This document shows, piece by piece, positions 1-8,540 of a stretch of 64,000 bases of DNA. The notes below the pieces were generated by a model. That model saw only the letters and a program-made list of their open reading frames with translations, had not been told where the DNA came from and made no database searches. Both the position numbers and the translations under genes were made by a program. Origin of the DNA: an uncultured Clostridia bacterium (GTDB lineage Bacteria; Bacillota; Clostridia; Christensenellales; UBA1242); contig CALWPD010000003.1 of assembly GCA_944383335.1 (NCBI GenBank), positions 3,498 to 67,497 of the forward strand, given 5' to 3'. The stretch's first letter is position 1. Each line of letters begins with the position of its first letter.

Positions 1-698
1 ACACAAAAGAAGATTTTGAAATAGTAGGAAGCACAGATGATGGACAAAAAGCCTTGCTTGACATATGCGCACTTAAGCCAGATATCGTACTTATGGAGTG
101 TGTTTTGCCAAACCTTGACGGCTTTGTGATCATGGAAAAACTCACCGAAAAAATGGGGATAAATAAACCAAAAATCATTATCATATCTTCATTATCTCAT
201 GAAGGGTTTATTGCAAAGGCGATGAGCCAAGGGGCGTCGTACTTTTTGTGTAAGCCAATCGGACTAGATATAGTTGAAAGCAGAATTAATGATGTTTTTG
301 GGCTTGAAAATTCTCCACAAATAACAAAAGCAAAACCTCGCAATCGTGCACTTGAAGAAAAAATTTCTAATATATTTATCACTGTTGGAATTCCAGCGCA
401 CATCAAAGGTTACCAATTTTTGCGCGAAGCAATAAAAATGGCAATAGACCAGCCGGAAATAATAAATTCAATCACCAAAAAACTTTATCCGGCAATAGCA
501 CAAAAATTTGGTACAAGTGCCAGTAAAGTTGAGCGTGCAATAAGACATGCTATTGAGGTTGCTTGGAACAGGGGAAAGATTGAGAACATAAATTCAATCT
601 TTGGACTTAAAGTTTATACTTCAAATGATAAACCAACAAACGGAGAATTTATAGCACTTGTTGCCGATAAAATGATAATTGAAGGTGAAGGTGCTTAG
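1..698 (+). CDS. spo0A: Spo0A sporulation response regulator, 5' end cut by window edge
   Basis: Frame stays open back to base 3 ([19 protein letters not shown]...). Receiver-domain segment ([15 protein letters not shown]) is followed by the Spo0A-type C-terminal signature ([12 protein letters not shown]...[18 protein letters not shown]). The listed start at 54 is an internal TTG. Confidence 0.9.
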   Translation, partial: TKEDFEIVGSTDDGQKALLDICALKPDIVLMECVLPNLDGFVIMEKLTEKMGINKPKIIIISSLSHEGFIAKAMSQGASYFLCKPIGLDIVESRINDVFGLENSPQITKAKPRNRALEEKISNIFITVGIPAHIKGYQFLREAIKMAIDQPEIINSITKKLYPAIAQKFGTSASKVERAIRHAIEVAWNRGKIENINSIFGLKVYTSNDKPTNGEFIALVADKMIIEGEGA

Positions 699-723
699 CA
701 AAAAAGATGCCCAAGAGCATCTC

Positions 724-752
724 AGACTGTAGACAAACTGCAGTCTTTTTTT
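724..752 (+). terminator. Rho-independent terminator after spo0A
   Basis: Stem GACTGTAG/CTGCAGTC (one G-U pair), loop ACAAA, then T7. A second small hairpin GATGC/GCATC lies at 706-721. Confidence 0.75.
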
Positions 753-1099
753 GTATAAGTATTTTGGAAAAATAATGTTTTATTTGCCTACAGTCTGGCA
801 ACTTGTATTTTTAGTTATTTTTATACTTCCTGAATTTTGATTCTAATAATTTAAAATCAACAACACAATCCAAATATTTACTATGTTCAGAAACTTTGTA
901 CTTTCCTATTTTTTGATTTGTATATTATGTTTGCTTTTCTTACTATTTCTTTTCTATTTTAGTAATAAAGTCTAATTCCTTAATTATTAAGGTTCTGTAA
1001 TTTAAATCTTTTTCTTCGTTTAGATTAATTTTTGTTAATGTTTTTTTAAATCATGTCCTATTGGGACTTGTAAGAAACCCATAATGCTCGACAAAAATC

Positions 1100-1227
1100 A
1101 ATCTAGCGTGTCTGCCCATCGTCAAAACCTGCGCCAACGGCCTAAAATTGCCAAGGCAATTTGTGAGGCTTTTTGCTTGGTTTTGCCTCTCCCCAAAAAG
1201 TTTCCATAGGTACTTTATTGGGGGCCC
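1100..1227 (-). repeat. About 130-nt structured repeat element, copy 1 (inverted relative to copy at 50302-50431)
   Basis: The reverse complement aligns by eye with 50302-50431: about 38/42 identical over the first block, looser after. Both carry hairpins CCAA(T)AAAGT...ACTTTTTGG and AAATTGCC/GGCAATTT. It lies just 3' of tRNA-Leu on the same strand. Confidence 0.6.
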
Positions 1228-1258
1228 CGTGAAACGGCAGCCACATTATTCTTATTAT

Positions 1259-1343
1259 TGGTGCTGATGAGGAGATTTGAACTCCTACGCCTTTTGGGCA
1301 CTAGAACCTGAATCTAGCGTGTCTGCCGTTTCACCACATCAGC
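1259..1343 (-). tRNA. tRNA-Leu (anticodon CAG), encoded CCA
   Basis: Reverse complement is GCTGATGTGGTGAAACGGCAGACACGCTAGATTCAGGTTCTAGTGCCCAAAAGGCGTAGGAGTTCAAATCTCCTCATCAGCACCA. It has a 7-bp acceptor stem, anticodon stem CTAGA/TCTAG with loop TTCAGGT, a long variable arm and a GTTCAAATC T-loop. Confidence 0.92.
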
Positions 1344-1352
1344 ATACATTTT

Positions 1353-1381
1353 AGTATACATCAAGGTAGTAATATTTTCAA
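1353..1381 (-). promoter_or_regulatory. Sigma-A-type promoter for tRNA-Leu(CAG)
   Basis: On the minus strand, TTGAAA-17 nt-TATACT ends about 10 nt before the mature tRNA 5' end. Confidence 0.55.
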
Positions 1382-1439
1382 GTTTTGTTGCAATAAATTT
1401 GAATATTATTTTTATTTCTGCAATAAATATGATATTATA

Positions 1440-2327
1440 ATGAGTATGAAAAAAGGTATTTTAACATTATTTATTTGTGTATTATCGATTTTTTTGTGCG
1501 GTTGTGCGGACGCTCCGACATATTCGTTGGCACAGAACCCAGACGGGACTGTAACGCAAGTTCTTTATGTCCCATTCGTGAGTAGTGAATTGACTGACCT
1601 TGGCGTTGATATTGACACTGTTTCACAAATCAAAGATTCAATGGAAACAAGGTTAAACACTTATTTTTGGAATTTACAACAAAACTTTTTAACTAGAGTA
1701 CAATCCGATGAAGCGCTGACAGAACAAGATAGACTTTTCCTTATTGCAGGTTGCCCAACCGCCACTATTTTGCCAGCACAGTCCGAAGGTGGCATTTTGT
1801 ACACATTAAATTTTTCTTCTGCAATTCATTATTATTATTTTAATTCTGATAAGATGTACACAGAATTGATTGAGATATTAAGCCAAGATACAAGTGTTGT
1901 CAAAAATGGTTTTTTCACAAATAGAATTATGAGTACTGGAACCACAGTTTATGGAATAAACACACCATACGCTGAAAACCAAACACTTGCCGAATATATC
2001 ACATCGTATGCAACAAAACTTCTCGATGATAACACCAACCTGAGCGCTGAACAAATTGCTTCAGTGGTTCCGACCAATTTCATTTATAGTTACGGTACAA
2101 CATCTTCAAAACTTCATAGTGATGCGGACAGGATCTATCATTACACAAATGGAATGTACTATCATGAGTGGGATATCTCCACAAATAATAGCAATCGTCA
2201 AATTTCCACTTGGACGATTGAAGTAAACAACAACGTTTGGTATGTAGTAATACTTTGTGCTGGTTTTATACTTTTGGGTGTGTTGTTTCTAATTGACTAC
2301 TTAAAAAGGAAGAAAGCTGTGGAGTAA
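1440..2327 (+). CDS. Putative lipoprotein with C-terminal membrane anchor, unknown function
   Basis: N-terminal signal peptide with lipobox-like FLCGC, and a C-terminal hydrophobic helix (VWYVVILCAGFILLGVLFLI) followed by KRKK. No recognisable catalytic motif. Confidence 0.6.
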   Translation: MSMKKGILTLFICVLSIFLCGCADAPTYSLAQNPDGTVTQVLYVPFVSSELTDLGVDIDTVSQIKDSMETRLNTYFWNLQQNFLTRVQSDEALTEQDRLFLIAGCPTATILPAQSEGGILYTLNFSSAIHYYYFNSDKMYTELIEILSQDTSVVKNGFFTNRIMSTGTTVYGINTPYAENQTLAEYITSYATKLLDDNTNLSAEQIASVVPTNFIYSYGTTSSKLHSDADRIYHYTNGMYYHEWDISTNNSNRQISTWTIEVNNNVWYVVILCAGFILLGVLFLIDYLKRKKAVE

Positions 2328-2331
2328 CACA

Positions 2332-2673
2332 ATGGATTATGTGGAATTAAATTTAAAAGAAAATTCGCCTTCAGTAAGTGAAGCCATTGCCATTTTAGAT
2401 ATAAATCTTGAAATATATCAAAGTTCTGGCATAAAAGTCGTCAAAATAATTCATGGATATGGTTCACATGGTGTGGGTGGTGCGATTTGTCTTGAACTTA
2501 GAAGATATTTGGCACAACTTAAAAAACATAACAAAATAAAAGATTATTTATATGGCGATGAATGGGATATATCAAATGAAAAATGTTTTCAAATATTAAA
2601 AACCCTTTCAAATCATTATTTGGATAAAGATCTAAACCATAGAAATCCGGGGATTACGATTGTTGTTTTATAG
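2332..2673 (+). CDS. Smr-domain protein
   Basis: KVVKIIHGYGSHGVGG and C-terminal NPGITIVVL match the Smr/MutS2 C-terminal domain pattern (IIHGkG...G.t.V.L). Confidence 0.6.
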   Translation: MDYVELNLKENSPSVSEAIAILDINLEIYQSSGIKVVKIIHGYGSHGVGGAICLELRRYLAQLKKHNKIKDYLYGDEWDISNEKCFQILKTLSNHYLDKDLNHRNPGITIVVL

Positions 2674-2731
2674 TAACAAAACAACAATTTTTTTCATATA
2701 AATCGTTGTTAGATAATTTGGTGAAATTTAA

Positions 2732-3598
2732 ATGAGTGTTATTGGCGATTGTGATTATGAAATGTTGCATCAAAACCTTCAAAAATTAAAAGAAGATAAA
2801 ACCATTGACTGTTTTTTATATGGCAAATCTTTATATGGGAATGATCTAATTGCATTTCATAAGGGCGATTATGGCGGAAAGCAATTTTTAATAACTGGGG
2901 GAATTCATGCACGCGAATATATTTCATGTTTTGTTGTAATAAAATTAATTCAAGAATATGACTTGTCATGCGGTTGTTTTTTTATTCCATTGTTAAATCC
3001 AGACGGAGTGGATATATGTTTGAATGGTTTAAAGAATGTGCCAAACGATTATGTCGAATTGCTATTAAGATTGAATAACTATTCAACCGACTTTTCCATG
3101 TGGAAAGCAAATGGTAGAGGTGTGGATTTAAATGTAAATTTTGATGCATTGTGGGGAAAAGGAAAATTTAACAAGTGGTTACCTGGATCTGAAAATTTTG
3201 TTGGAGAATGTCCTTGCAGCGAAGTGGAAAACATTGCGCTTTTAAAATTAATTAAGCGTTTTGATTTATTTTTGTCGCTTGCGTATCATTCAAAAGGAGA
3301 AGTAATCTATCATGGCTTTAGCGGTGCAAATAAAGATGTAAAGCACAAAATTAAGGTTTTTGCACGGTTTTTTGCTAAATTAACAGGTTATAAACGGTTA
3401 ATTTCTAAAAATTCGGTTGGCGGGCTTAGTGATTATCTTAGTTTGCATGGTATACCAAGTTTGACGGTTGAAGTTGGCAATGATGCACTTTCTCATCCAA
3501 TAAGTTACAAGTTTTTAAACGATATATATTCAAAACATTATCAGTCAGTAAAAAAACTATTTAATTTTGTGAGGGAATATGATAGATCTTCACAATGA
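2732..3598 (+). CDS. M14 zinc carboxypeptidase family (gamma-D-Glu-meso-DAP peptidase-like)
   Basis: Motifs GGIHAREY, LLNPDGVD, GRGVDLNVNF and AYHSKGE are typical of the M14 family. Confidence 0.8.
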   Translation: MSVIGDCDYEMLHQNLQKLKEDKTIDCFLYGKSLYGNDLIAFHKGDYGGKQFLITGGIHAREYISCFVVIKLIQEYDLSCGCFFIPLLNPDGVDICLNGLKNVPNDYVELLLRLNNYSTDFSMWKANGRGVDLNVNFDALWGKGKFNKWLPGSENFVGECPCSEVENIALLKLIKRFDLFLSLAYHSKGEVIYHGFSGANKDVKHKIKVFARFFAKLTGYKRLISKNSVGGLSDYLSLHGIPSLTVEVGNDALSHPISYKFLNDIYSKHYQSVKKLFNFVREYDRSSQ

Positions 3599-4385
3599 TT
3601 TTTTGACTAAACTAAATGATGATGATATTGTGAAATACTTAGAAACCAATCAAAACCTATTAGATTTAATTTGTTGTCCTGTATTCACAACAGAATTGAA
3701 AAATCCATTAAAATTCATAAAAAATGCGAAAAAAACAATAAAAAATTATAATTTTTGCAAAATTTCTATTGAAGATATCGGTTTTTTAAAACAAAAAAAT
3801 TTTTTTGAGATACTTAAAATCAAGCCTATTTACATTAGTTTAACTTGGAACTACAAAAATAAATTTGCTGGTGGGGCTTATAGTGATGGAAGATTGACCG
3901 AATATGGTAAAGTTATGATCAGAAAGTGTGAAGAAAATAATATTTTGATTGATTGTGCGCATTTAAACTATCGTTCTTTTTCTGATATTTTGGATATTTC
4001 AAAACGGCCAGTAATATGTTCACACACGGGTTTTTGTGATATTGTTTGGGATAAACGAAATTTAACAAGACATCAAATAAAGGATTTAATTGATAACAAA
4101 GGTATAATTGGTTTGTATTTTGTTGGAAAGTATATATCAAAAGAAAGGATAAATGCTTATGATATAATAAAAAATATTGATTATTTTGTGCAAAATTTTG
4201 GAGTTGATAATTTATGCTTTGGCACCGATTTTTTTGGAACAGATGATTTACCTAAAAAAATCACTCAGTATAAAGATATGGAATTAATCAAAAGATTATT
4301 GGTTAAATGTGGATATACACACTTGGATATCAATAAAATATTTAAAACTAACGCTGAAAGGTTTTTTCAAAAATATTCATATTGA
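3579..4385 (+). CDS. M19 membrane-dipeptidase family protein
   Basis: IDLHNDFL at the N-terminus, then CAHLNYRSF, ICSHTG and FGTDFFG. The start overlaps the upstream peptidase gene by 20 nt, with GAGGGA as RBS. Confidence 0.72.
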   Translation: MIDLHNDFLTKLNDDDIVKYLETNQNLLDLICCPVFTTELKNPLKFIKNAKKTIKNYNFCKISIEDIGFLKQKNFFEILKIKPIYISLTWNYKNKFAGGAYSDGRLTEYGKVMIRKCEENNILIDCAHLNYRSFSDILDISKRPVICSHTGFCDIVWDKRNLTRHQIKDLIDNKGIIGLYFVGKYISKERINAYDIIKNIDYFVQNFGVDNLCFGTDFFGTDDLPKKITQYKDMELIKRLLVKCGYTHLDINKIFKTNAERFFQKYSY

Positions 4386-4410
4386 CAATATTTGGATAAT
4401 ATGATATTCT
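4382..4410 (+). promoter_or_regulatory. Promoter of paralog 1
   Basis: TTGACA-17 nt-TATTCT with a TG extension. RBS GAAGGAG precedes the ATG at 4431. Confidence 0.6.
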
Positions 4411-4430
4411 CATGCTGAAGGAGTAAATTA

Positions 4431-4979
4431 ATGAATATATTAGATTTGTTTAGGTTTGTTAGAAAACCAAAAGATCAAACTGAGAGAACTCACTTGACTA
4501 AAAACTTGTATATTGCAAAACTTTATAGTGCAACTCACTTTGGTGGAGATTACGACTATGATACGCCTATGTCTGCTAGTTTAACGTCTGATCACTATGT
4601 TTTGTTGGTCGAATCAAATGGAAAATATTATGTTATTCCAGAGACAGATAACCAAAAAGCAATAGAAGTATCAGATATCAATCAAGTTCAAAGAGAACAT
4701 GAATTGTTAATTCAGCCTGATTCAAACAAGCGATTTAAGCCATTTACATACTACGCACCATCATCAGAGTATGGATTTGTAACTTCATATGAATTAAGAA
4801 AAATTGCAAAATTTATTCATTACTATTTCATCAAAGGTGATGATCATGCTCACAGAAGAGATCTTGACGTTTATTACAAATTTCTCAGAGACATTGAACT
4901 TACTGCAGAAGAAAAAGAAAGGCTTTTATCTTTAGAAGATTTTGCAAAAACACAAACTAAAGAAGATTTGAATAGATAA
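4431..4979 (+). CDS. Hypothetical protein, tandem paralog 1 (182 aa)
   Basis: Shares long blocks with the next gene: KNLYIAK.YSA, GKYY..P, KAIEV.DI, QP, YAPS.E.G.VTS.ELRK.A.FI..YF.KG..HAHRRDLDVYY. I recognise no family. Confidence 0.75.
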   Translation: MNILDLFRFVRKPKDQTERTHLTKNLYIAKLYSATHFGGDYDYDTPMSASLTSDHYVLLVESNGKYYVIPETDNQKAIEVSDINQVQREHELLIQPDSNKRFKPFTYYAPSSEYGFVTSYELRKIAKFIHYYFIKGDDHAHRRDLDVYYKFLRDIELTAEEKERLLSLEDFAKTQTKEDLNR

Positions 4980-5033
4980 TTTTTTCTTGTGTCTAATTTC
5001 GACAAAAAATTTTCAAAAAAATCAAATTTTTGT

Positions 5034-5062
5034 TTGACAAATTTTGCATAATATGGTACTCT
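5034..5062 (+). promoter_or_regulatory. Promoter of paralog 2
   Basis: TTGACA-17 nt-TACTCT with a TGg extension. RBS AAGGAGG precedes the ATG at 5085. Confidence 0.6.
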
Positions 5063-5084
5063 CTCCGCCGGCAAGGAGGTAGAA

Positions 5085-5609
5085 ATGAGTATTTTATTTA
5101 AAGTGCCAAACATCTCAGTAGATGAAGATCCAACGGAAAAAACATTGCAGGCAAAAAATCTTTATATTGCTAAGGTTTATTCTGCAAATAATGGTAATGA
5201 CCGTACCGATTTGGCGTCCAAACACTATGCATTAGTTGTAGGCATTGGTGGAAAATATTATATTGTTCCAACAAATAATTATAACAAAGCAATAGAAGTC
5301 GAAGACATTGATGAAGTTAAGGATTCTCATGGGCTTATGGTTCAGCCTAGTTTGGAAAATAGTTTCAAATCATTTTCTCACTATGCACCATCTGCAGAAG
5401 TTGGAGTTGTTACATCTGATGAATTAAGAAAACTGGCACAGTTCATTTATCTTTATTTTGTCAAAGGTGAGCATGCTCATAGACGAGATCTTGATGTTTA
5501 TTATAGATATCTCAAGGGCGCAGCGCTTTCTAATGATGATAAAAAGATACTTTTATCGCTTAAAAATTCAGCAAATAGCAAATATGTTTCTGATGAATTA
5601 AGTAGATAA
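5085..5609 (+). CDS. Hypothetical protein, tandem paralog 2 (174 aa)
   Basis: By eye, about half of the residues are identical to the 4431-4979 product across the full length. Confidence 0.75.
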   Translation: MSILFKVPNISVDEDPTEKTLQAKNLYIAKVYSANNGNDRTDLASKHYALVVGIGGKYYIVPTNNYNKAIEVEDIDEVKDSHGLMVQPSLENSFKSFSHYAPSAEVGVVTSDELRKLAQFIYLYFVKGEHAHRRDLDVYYRYLKGAALSNDDKKILLSLKNSANSKYVSDELSR

Positions 5610-5617
5610 TGATTTAC

Positions 5618-5648
5618 CAGATTGTAGAGCACTACAATCTGTTTTTTT
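5618..5648 (+). terminator. Rho-independent terminator after paralog 2
   Basis: Stem CAGATTGTAG/CTACAATCTG, loop AGCA, then T7. Confidence 0.85.
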
Positions 5649-5750
5649 AATTATTTTTTAGAGTTTTCAAGAGAAAAAATTGATATGCATTAAGTTTACT
5701 TTGTTTTAGAAAAATGTTATCATAATAAAGTATAATTTATAGGAGAATGT

Positions 5751-7175
5751 ATGAAAAACAAAGCGATAACATCACGAGATTTAGATTTTGCCAAATGGTA
5801 TACAGATATTGTTAGATGCGCAAAACTCGCTGAATATTCAAACACAAAAGGGTGTGTAATTTTGGAGCCAAATGGCTATGCACTTTGGGAAAAGATGCAA
5901 AGCGTACTTGATAAAATTTTTAAACAAACAGGGCATCAGAATGTTTCAATGCCATTATTAATTCCTGAAGGACTATTGAGAAAAGAGGGTGAACTTGTAA
6001 AAGGTTTTGCGCCAGAGTGTGCTTGGGTAACAGTTGGCGGTCAAAATACCCTTGATGAAAGACTTGCAATTCGCCCAACCAGCGAAACACTATTTTCAGA
6101 TTATTATAGTTTAAAGATAAAGTCTTATCGAGATTTGCCAAAACTTTACAATCAGTGGTGCAATGTTATGCGTTGGGAAAAGGAAACTAGACCTTTTCTT
6201 CGAACTCGTGAGTTTTTGTGGCAAGAAGGACACACTGTGCACGCAACCAAAGAAGAAGCAGAAGAAGAAACATTAAAAATGTTGAATGTCTATAAAGATT
6301 TTTTTGAAAAATATCTTGCAATCCCTGTTATTTGTGGCAAAAAAACTGAAAAAGAAAAATTTGCTGGTGCAGAATATACGTTTACAGTTGAAGCGCTTAT
6401 GTACAACGGTGTTAGCCTCCAAAGTGCAACATCTCACTATTTTGGGCAAAAATTTGCAAAAGCGTATGACATTAAATTTTTAAACAAAAACAACGAATGG
6501 GAATATGCATATCAAACTTCATGGGGATGTTCAACTCGTATGATTGGCGGGCTTATTATGGTCCATAGTGATGATAACGGGCTTGTACTTCCACCTAGGA
6601 TAGCACCAAGACAAGTTGTGATAGTCCCAATAGGTGATAGCGAAGAAGTAAACAAGCTTGCAGATAAATATTTAAAACTACTTACAGATGCTGGAATATC
6701 AGTATTTTGCGACAATTCCGATCGTTCGCCAGGTTTTAAATTTGCAGAACATGAAGTAAATGGAATACCTGTTAGGATAGAGATTGGTGCTAGAGACCTT
6801 GCTAATGGTGAAATTACTCTTTCTAGGCGTGATACACGAGAAAAAATAAATAAAAAAATAGATTGTGATATTGTTTTTGAAGTTAAAAAACTTATGGATG
6901 ACATTCAAAGTAATTTATATGCGCGTGCACTAAAGCGTAGAAACTTACTCACCTATAGGACTGATGATATAAAAGAAGTGGAAAATATAATCAAAACCAA
7001 ACCAGGATTCATTTATGCACATTGGTGTGGAGATGAGGCTTGTGAACTCAAGATGAAAGAACTTGGCGGAATAAAATCTAGGTGTATAACAGATGAACCT
7101 GTTGGTGATGGTGATAGATGTTTAGTATGCCAAAAACAGGCTAAATATATGGTGGTTTGGGGAACTCAGTATTGA
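5751..7175 (+). CDS. proS: Prolyl-tRNA synthetase (short, archaeal/eukaryote-like class II type)
   Basis: 474 aa. N-terminal FAKWYTDIV...AEYS..KGC.ILEPNGYALWE and class II core motifs. Lacks the large bacterial insertion domain. Confidence 0.9.
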   Translation: MKNKAITSRDLDFAKWYTDIVRCAKLAEYSNTKGCVILEPNGYALWEKMQSVLDKIFKQTGHQNVSMPLLIPEGLLRKEGELVKGFAPECAWVTVGGQNTLDERLAIRPTSETLFSDYYSLKIKSYRDLPKLYNQWCNVMRWEKETRPFLRTREFLWQEGHTVHATKEEAEEETLKMLNVYKDFFEKYLAIPVICGKKTEKEKFAGAEYTFTVEALMYNGVSLQSATSHYFGQKFAKAYDIKFLNKNNEWEYAYQTSWGCSTRMIGGLIMVHSDDNGLVLPPRIAPRQVVIVPIGDSEEVNKLADKYLKLLTDAGISVFCDNSDRSPGFKFAEHEVNGIPVRIEIGARDLANGEITLSRRDTREKINKKIDCDIVFEVKKLMDDIQSNLYARALKRRNLLTYRTDDIKEVENIIKTKPGFIYAHWCGDEACELKMKELGGIKSRCITDEPVGDGDRCLVCQKQAKYMVVWGTQY

Positions 7176-7215
7176 CATTTTTTGACATTATGTTACACTT
7201 TAATAAGGAGTTAAT

Positions 7216-8499
7216 ATGAAATTTGCCATTGAACTGAAGAACCTTGATAAATTACCCATATACTTAAAAAATCAAAACCAAAAAACACAAAAAAAACATT
7301 TACTTTATGTGCGATGTCCAATGGACATAGCACCTATTTATGAAGATATTTATCAAGAAATTTTACACAAAACAAAAGATCTTAATATAGATATCAATAT
7401 AGTGTTTGTTGTGAATAGTTATAATGTTGATGTTAAACTTCTAAAAGCCTTAAAAGCCTTTTCTGAGCAGAAAAATATAGGACTCTTTATCGAAGATGAG
7501 TTTGAGGTTATCAATTATTATAATGATAATGATTATATAACACTAGACACGGCAATTTCTGCCATTGAAAAATTAGACAAGATTGTGAATGTGGCAAAGA
7601 AAAATAATTTTTCTCCCTTTGAAGCATTGCTATACGCATATCTTTATGTAACTAAAAGACCTTATGTAGAAGAAGATATGGATGAATGCTGGGGATTATC
7701 TCGTTCAGTATTTCATGTTTTAACTGGAAATAAAATTGTTTGCTCAGGCTATTGCAATGTTATTCGAGCCTTTGTTGACAAATATAATGATCCAAATCTT
7801 TTGGCTTTTGAAAATAGCACTTTATATAAAGAAGAAGATTCTCATGAACTGCATTCTACACTAATCACATATGTAAAAGACAATAAATATTCTATAAACA
7901 CATACTCTTATCAAGATCCAACTGCTGACGCAGAGCGTGAAAATGTTAAATTAGTTAAGAATAGAGAATTCCTTTTAAGTGGATTCATGGTGCCAATAAG
8001 TGATATAGCACATTTGTTATCAAAGCCATTCGATGTGGAGTTTCCAGACCTGTACTCCGAAGATTCATTTTTGACAGATAAAGAGTATATTGAATACATG
8101 GAAGGCCCAGGATACAATAGTTTTGCGTCTAATTGTATTAAATTTGATGACAAATTTCAAAAATCATTAAATGATAATATTAATATTATAGACTATTATA
8201 GTAAAAAGTATCAATCTCTTAAAAGCAAATATCCCAGCATGATAGAGCAGACCAAACAAGACCCAGAGTTTTTAACTGAAGATTTACATAAATTTAGCAA
8301 TCCAGTTTCGTTAAACAAGATAAAAAGTGCATTATATCGCGTTCTTGAAAAAACTACGAACATTCCAAGAAAACGACTCCATGCTTTTATAAAACGAATA
8401 ATTGACGATAATATAAAGACTATATCAGATATTTATGATAGTAAAGCCATGAACTCGTTTTCAAAACAAAAAGTCGAACAGGATTATGAAAAACAATAA
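7216..8499 (+). CDS. Hypothetical protein (427 aa), possible Cys-His-Asp papain/transglutaminase-like core
   Basis: Ordered candidate triad: IVCSGYCNVIRAF ... ELHSTLITYV ... YQDPTADA. No family recognised with certainty. Confidence 0.5.
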   Translation: MKFAIELKNLDKLPIYLKNQNQKTQKKHLLYVRCPMDIAPIYEDIYQEILHKTKDLNIDINIVFVVNSYNVDVKLLKALKAFSEQKNIGLFIEDEFEVINYYNDNDYITLDTAISAIEKLDKIVNVAKKNNFSPFEALLYAYLYVTKRPYVEEDMDECWGLSRSVFHVLTGNKIVCSGYCNVIRAFVDKYNDPNLLAFENSTLYKEEDSHELHSTLITYVKDNKYSINTYSYQDPTADAERENVKLVKNREFLLSGFMVPISDIAHLLSKPFDVEFPDLYSEDSFLTDKEYIEYMEGPGYNSFASNCIKFDDKFQKSLNDNINIIDYYSKKYQSLKSKYPSMIEQTKQDPEFLTEDLHKFSNPVSLNKIKSALYRVLEKTTNIPRKRLHAFIKRIIDDNIKTISDIYDSKAMNSFSKQKVEQDYEKQ

Positions 8500-8540
8500 A
8501 AATATTTGTAAAAATTTTAAAATGAGAGTACTATAACCAT

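Noticed and set aside
976-990. Perfect palindrome CCTTAAT-T-ATTAAGG in the long AT-rich spacer after spo0A, as a possible regulator site or terminator
   Set aside because: It is an isolated AT-rich palindrome with no adjacent T-run or gene start. Such palindromes are expected by chance in sequence this AT-rich.
1100-1227. Identification of the 130-nt element as tmRNA, 6S RNA, SRP RNA or RNase P RNA
   Set aside because: None of the landmark sequences I know are present: the tmRNA tRNA-like ends and tag ORF, the SRP GGAA/AGCA domain IV motif, the 6S end-to-end pairing, or the RNase P conserved regions. Two diverged copies also argue against a single-copy housekeeping RNA.
6512-6904. 130-aa antisense ORF inside proS, plus similar antisense ORFs at 8682-9026, 24332-24697, 48038-48400, 53660-54037 and 62042-62383
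   Set aside because: Each lies fully inside a well-supported conserved gene on the opposite strand. They have low-complexity or odd composition and no RBS or promoter. They are typical shadow ORFs of AT-rich genomes.
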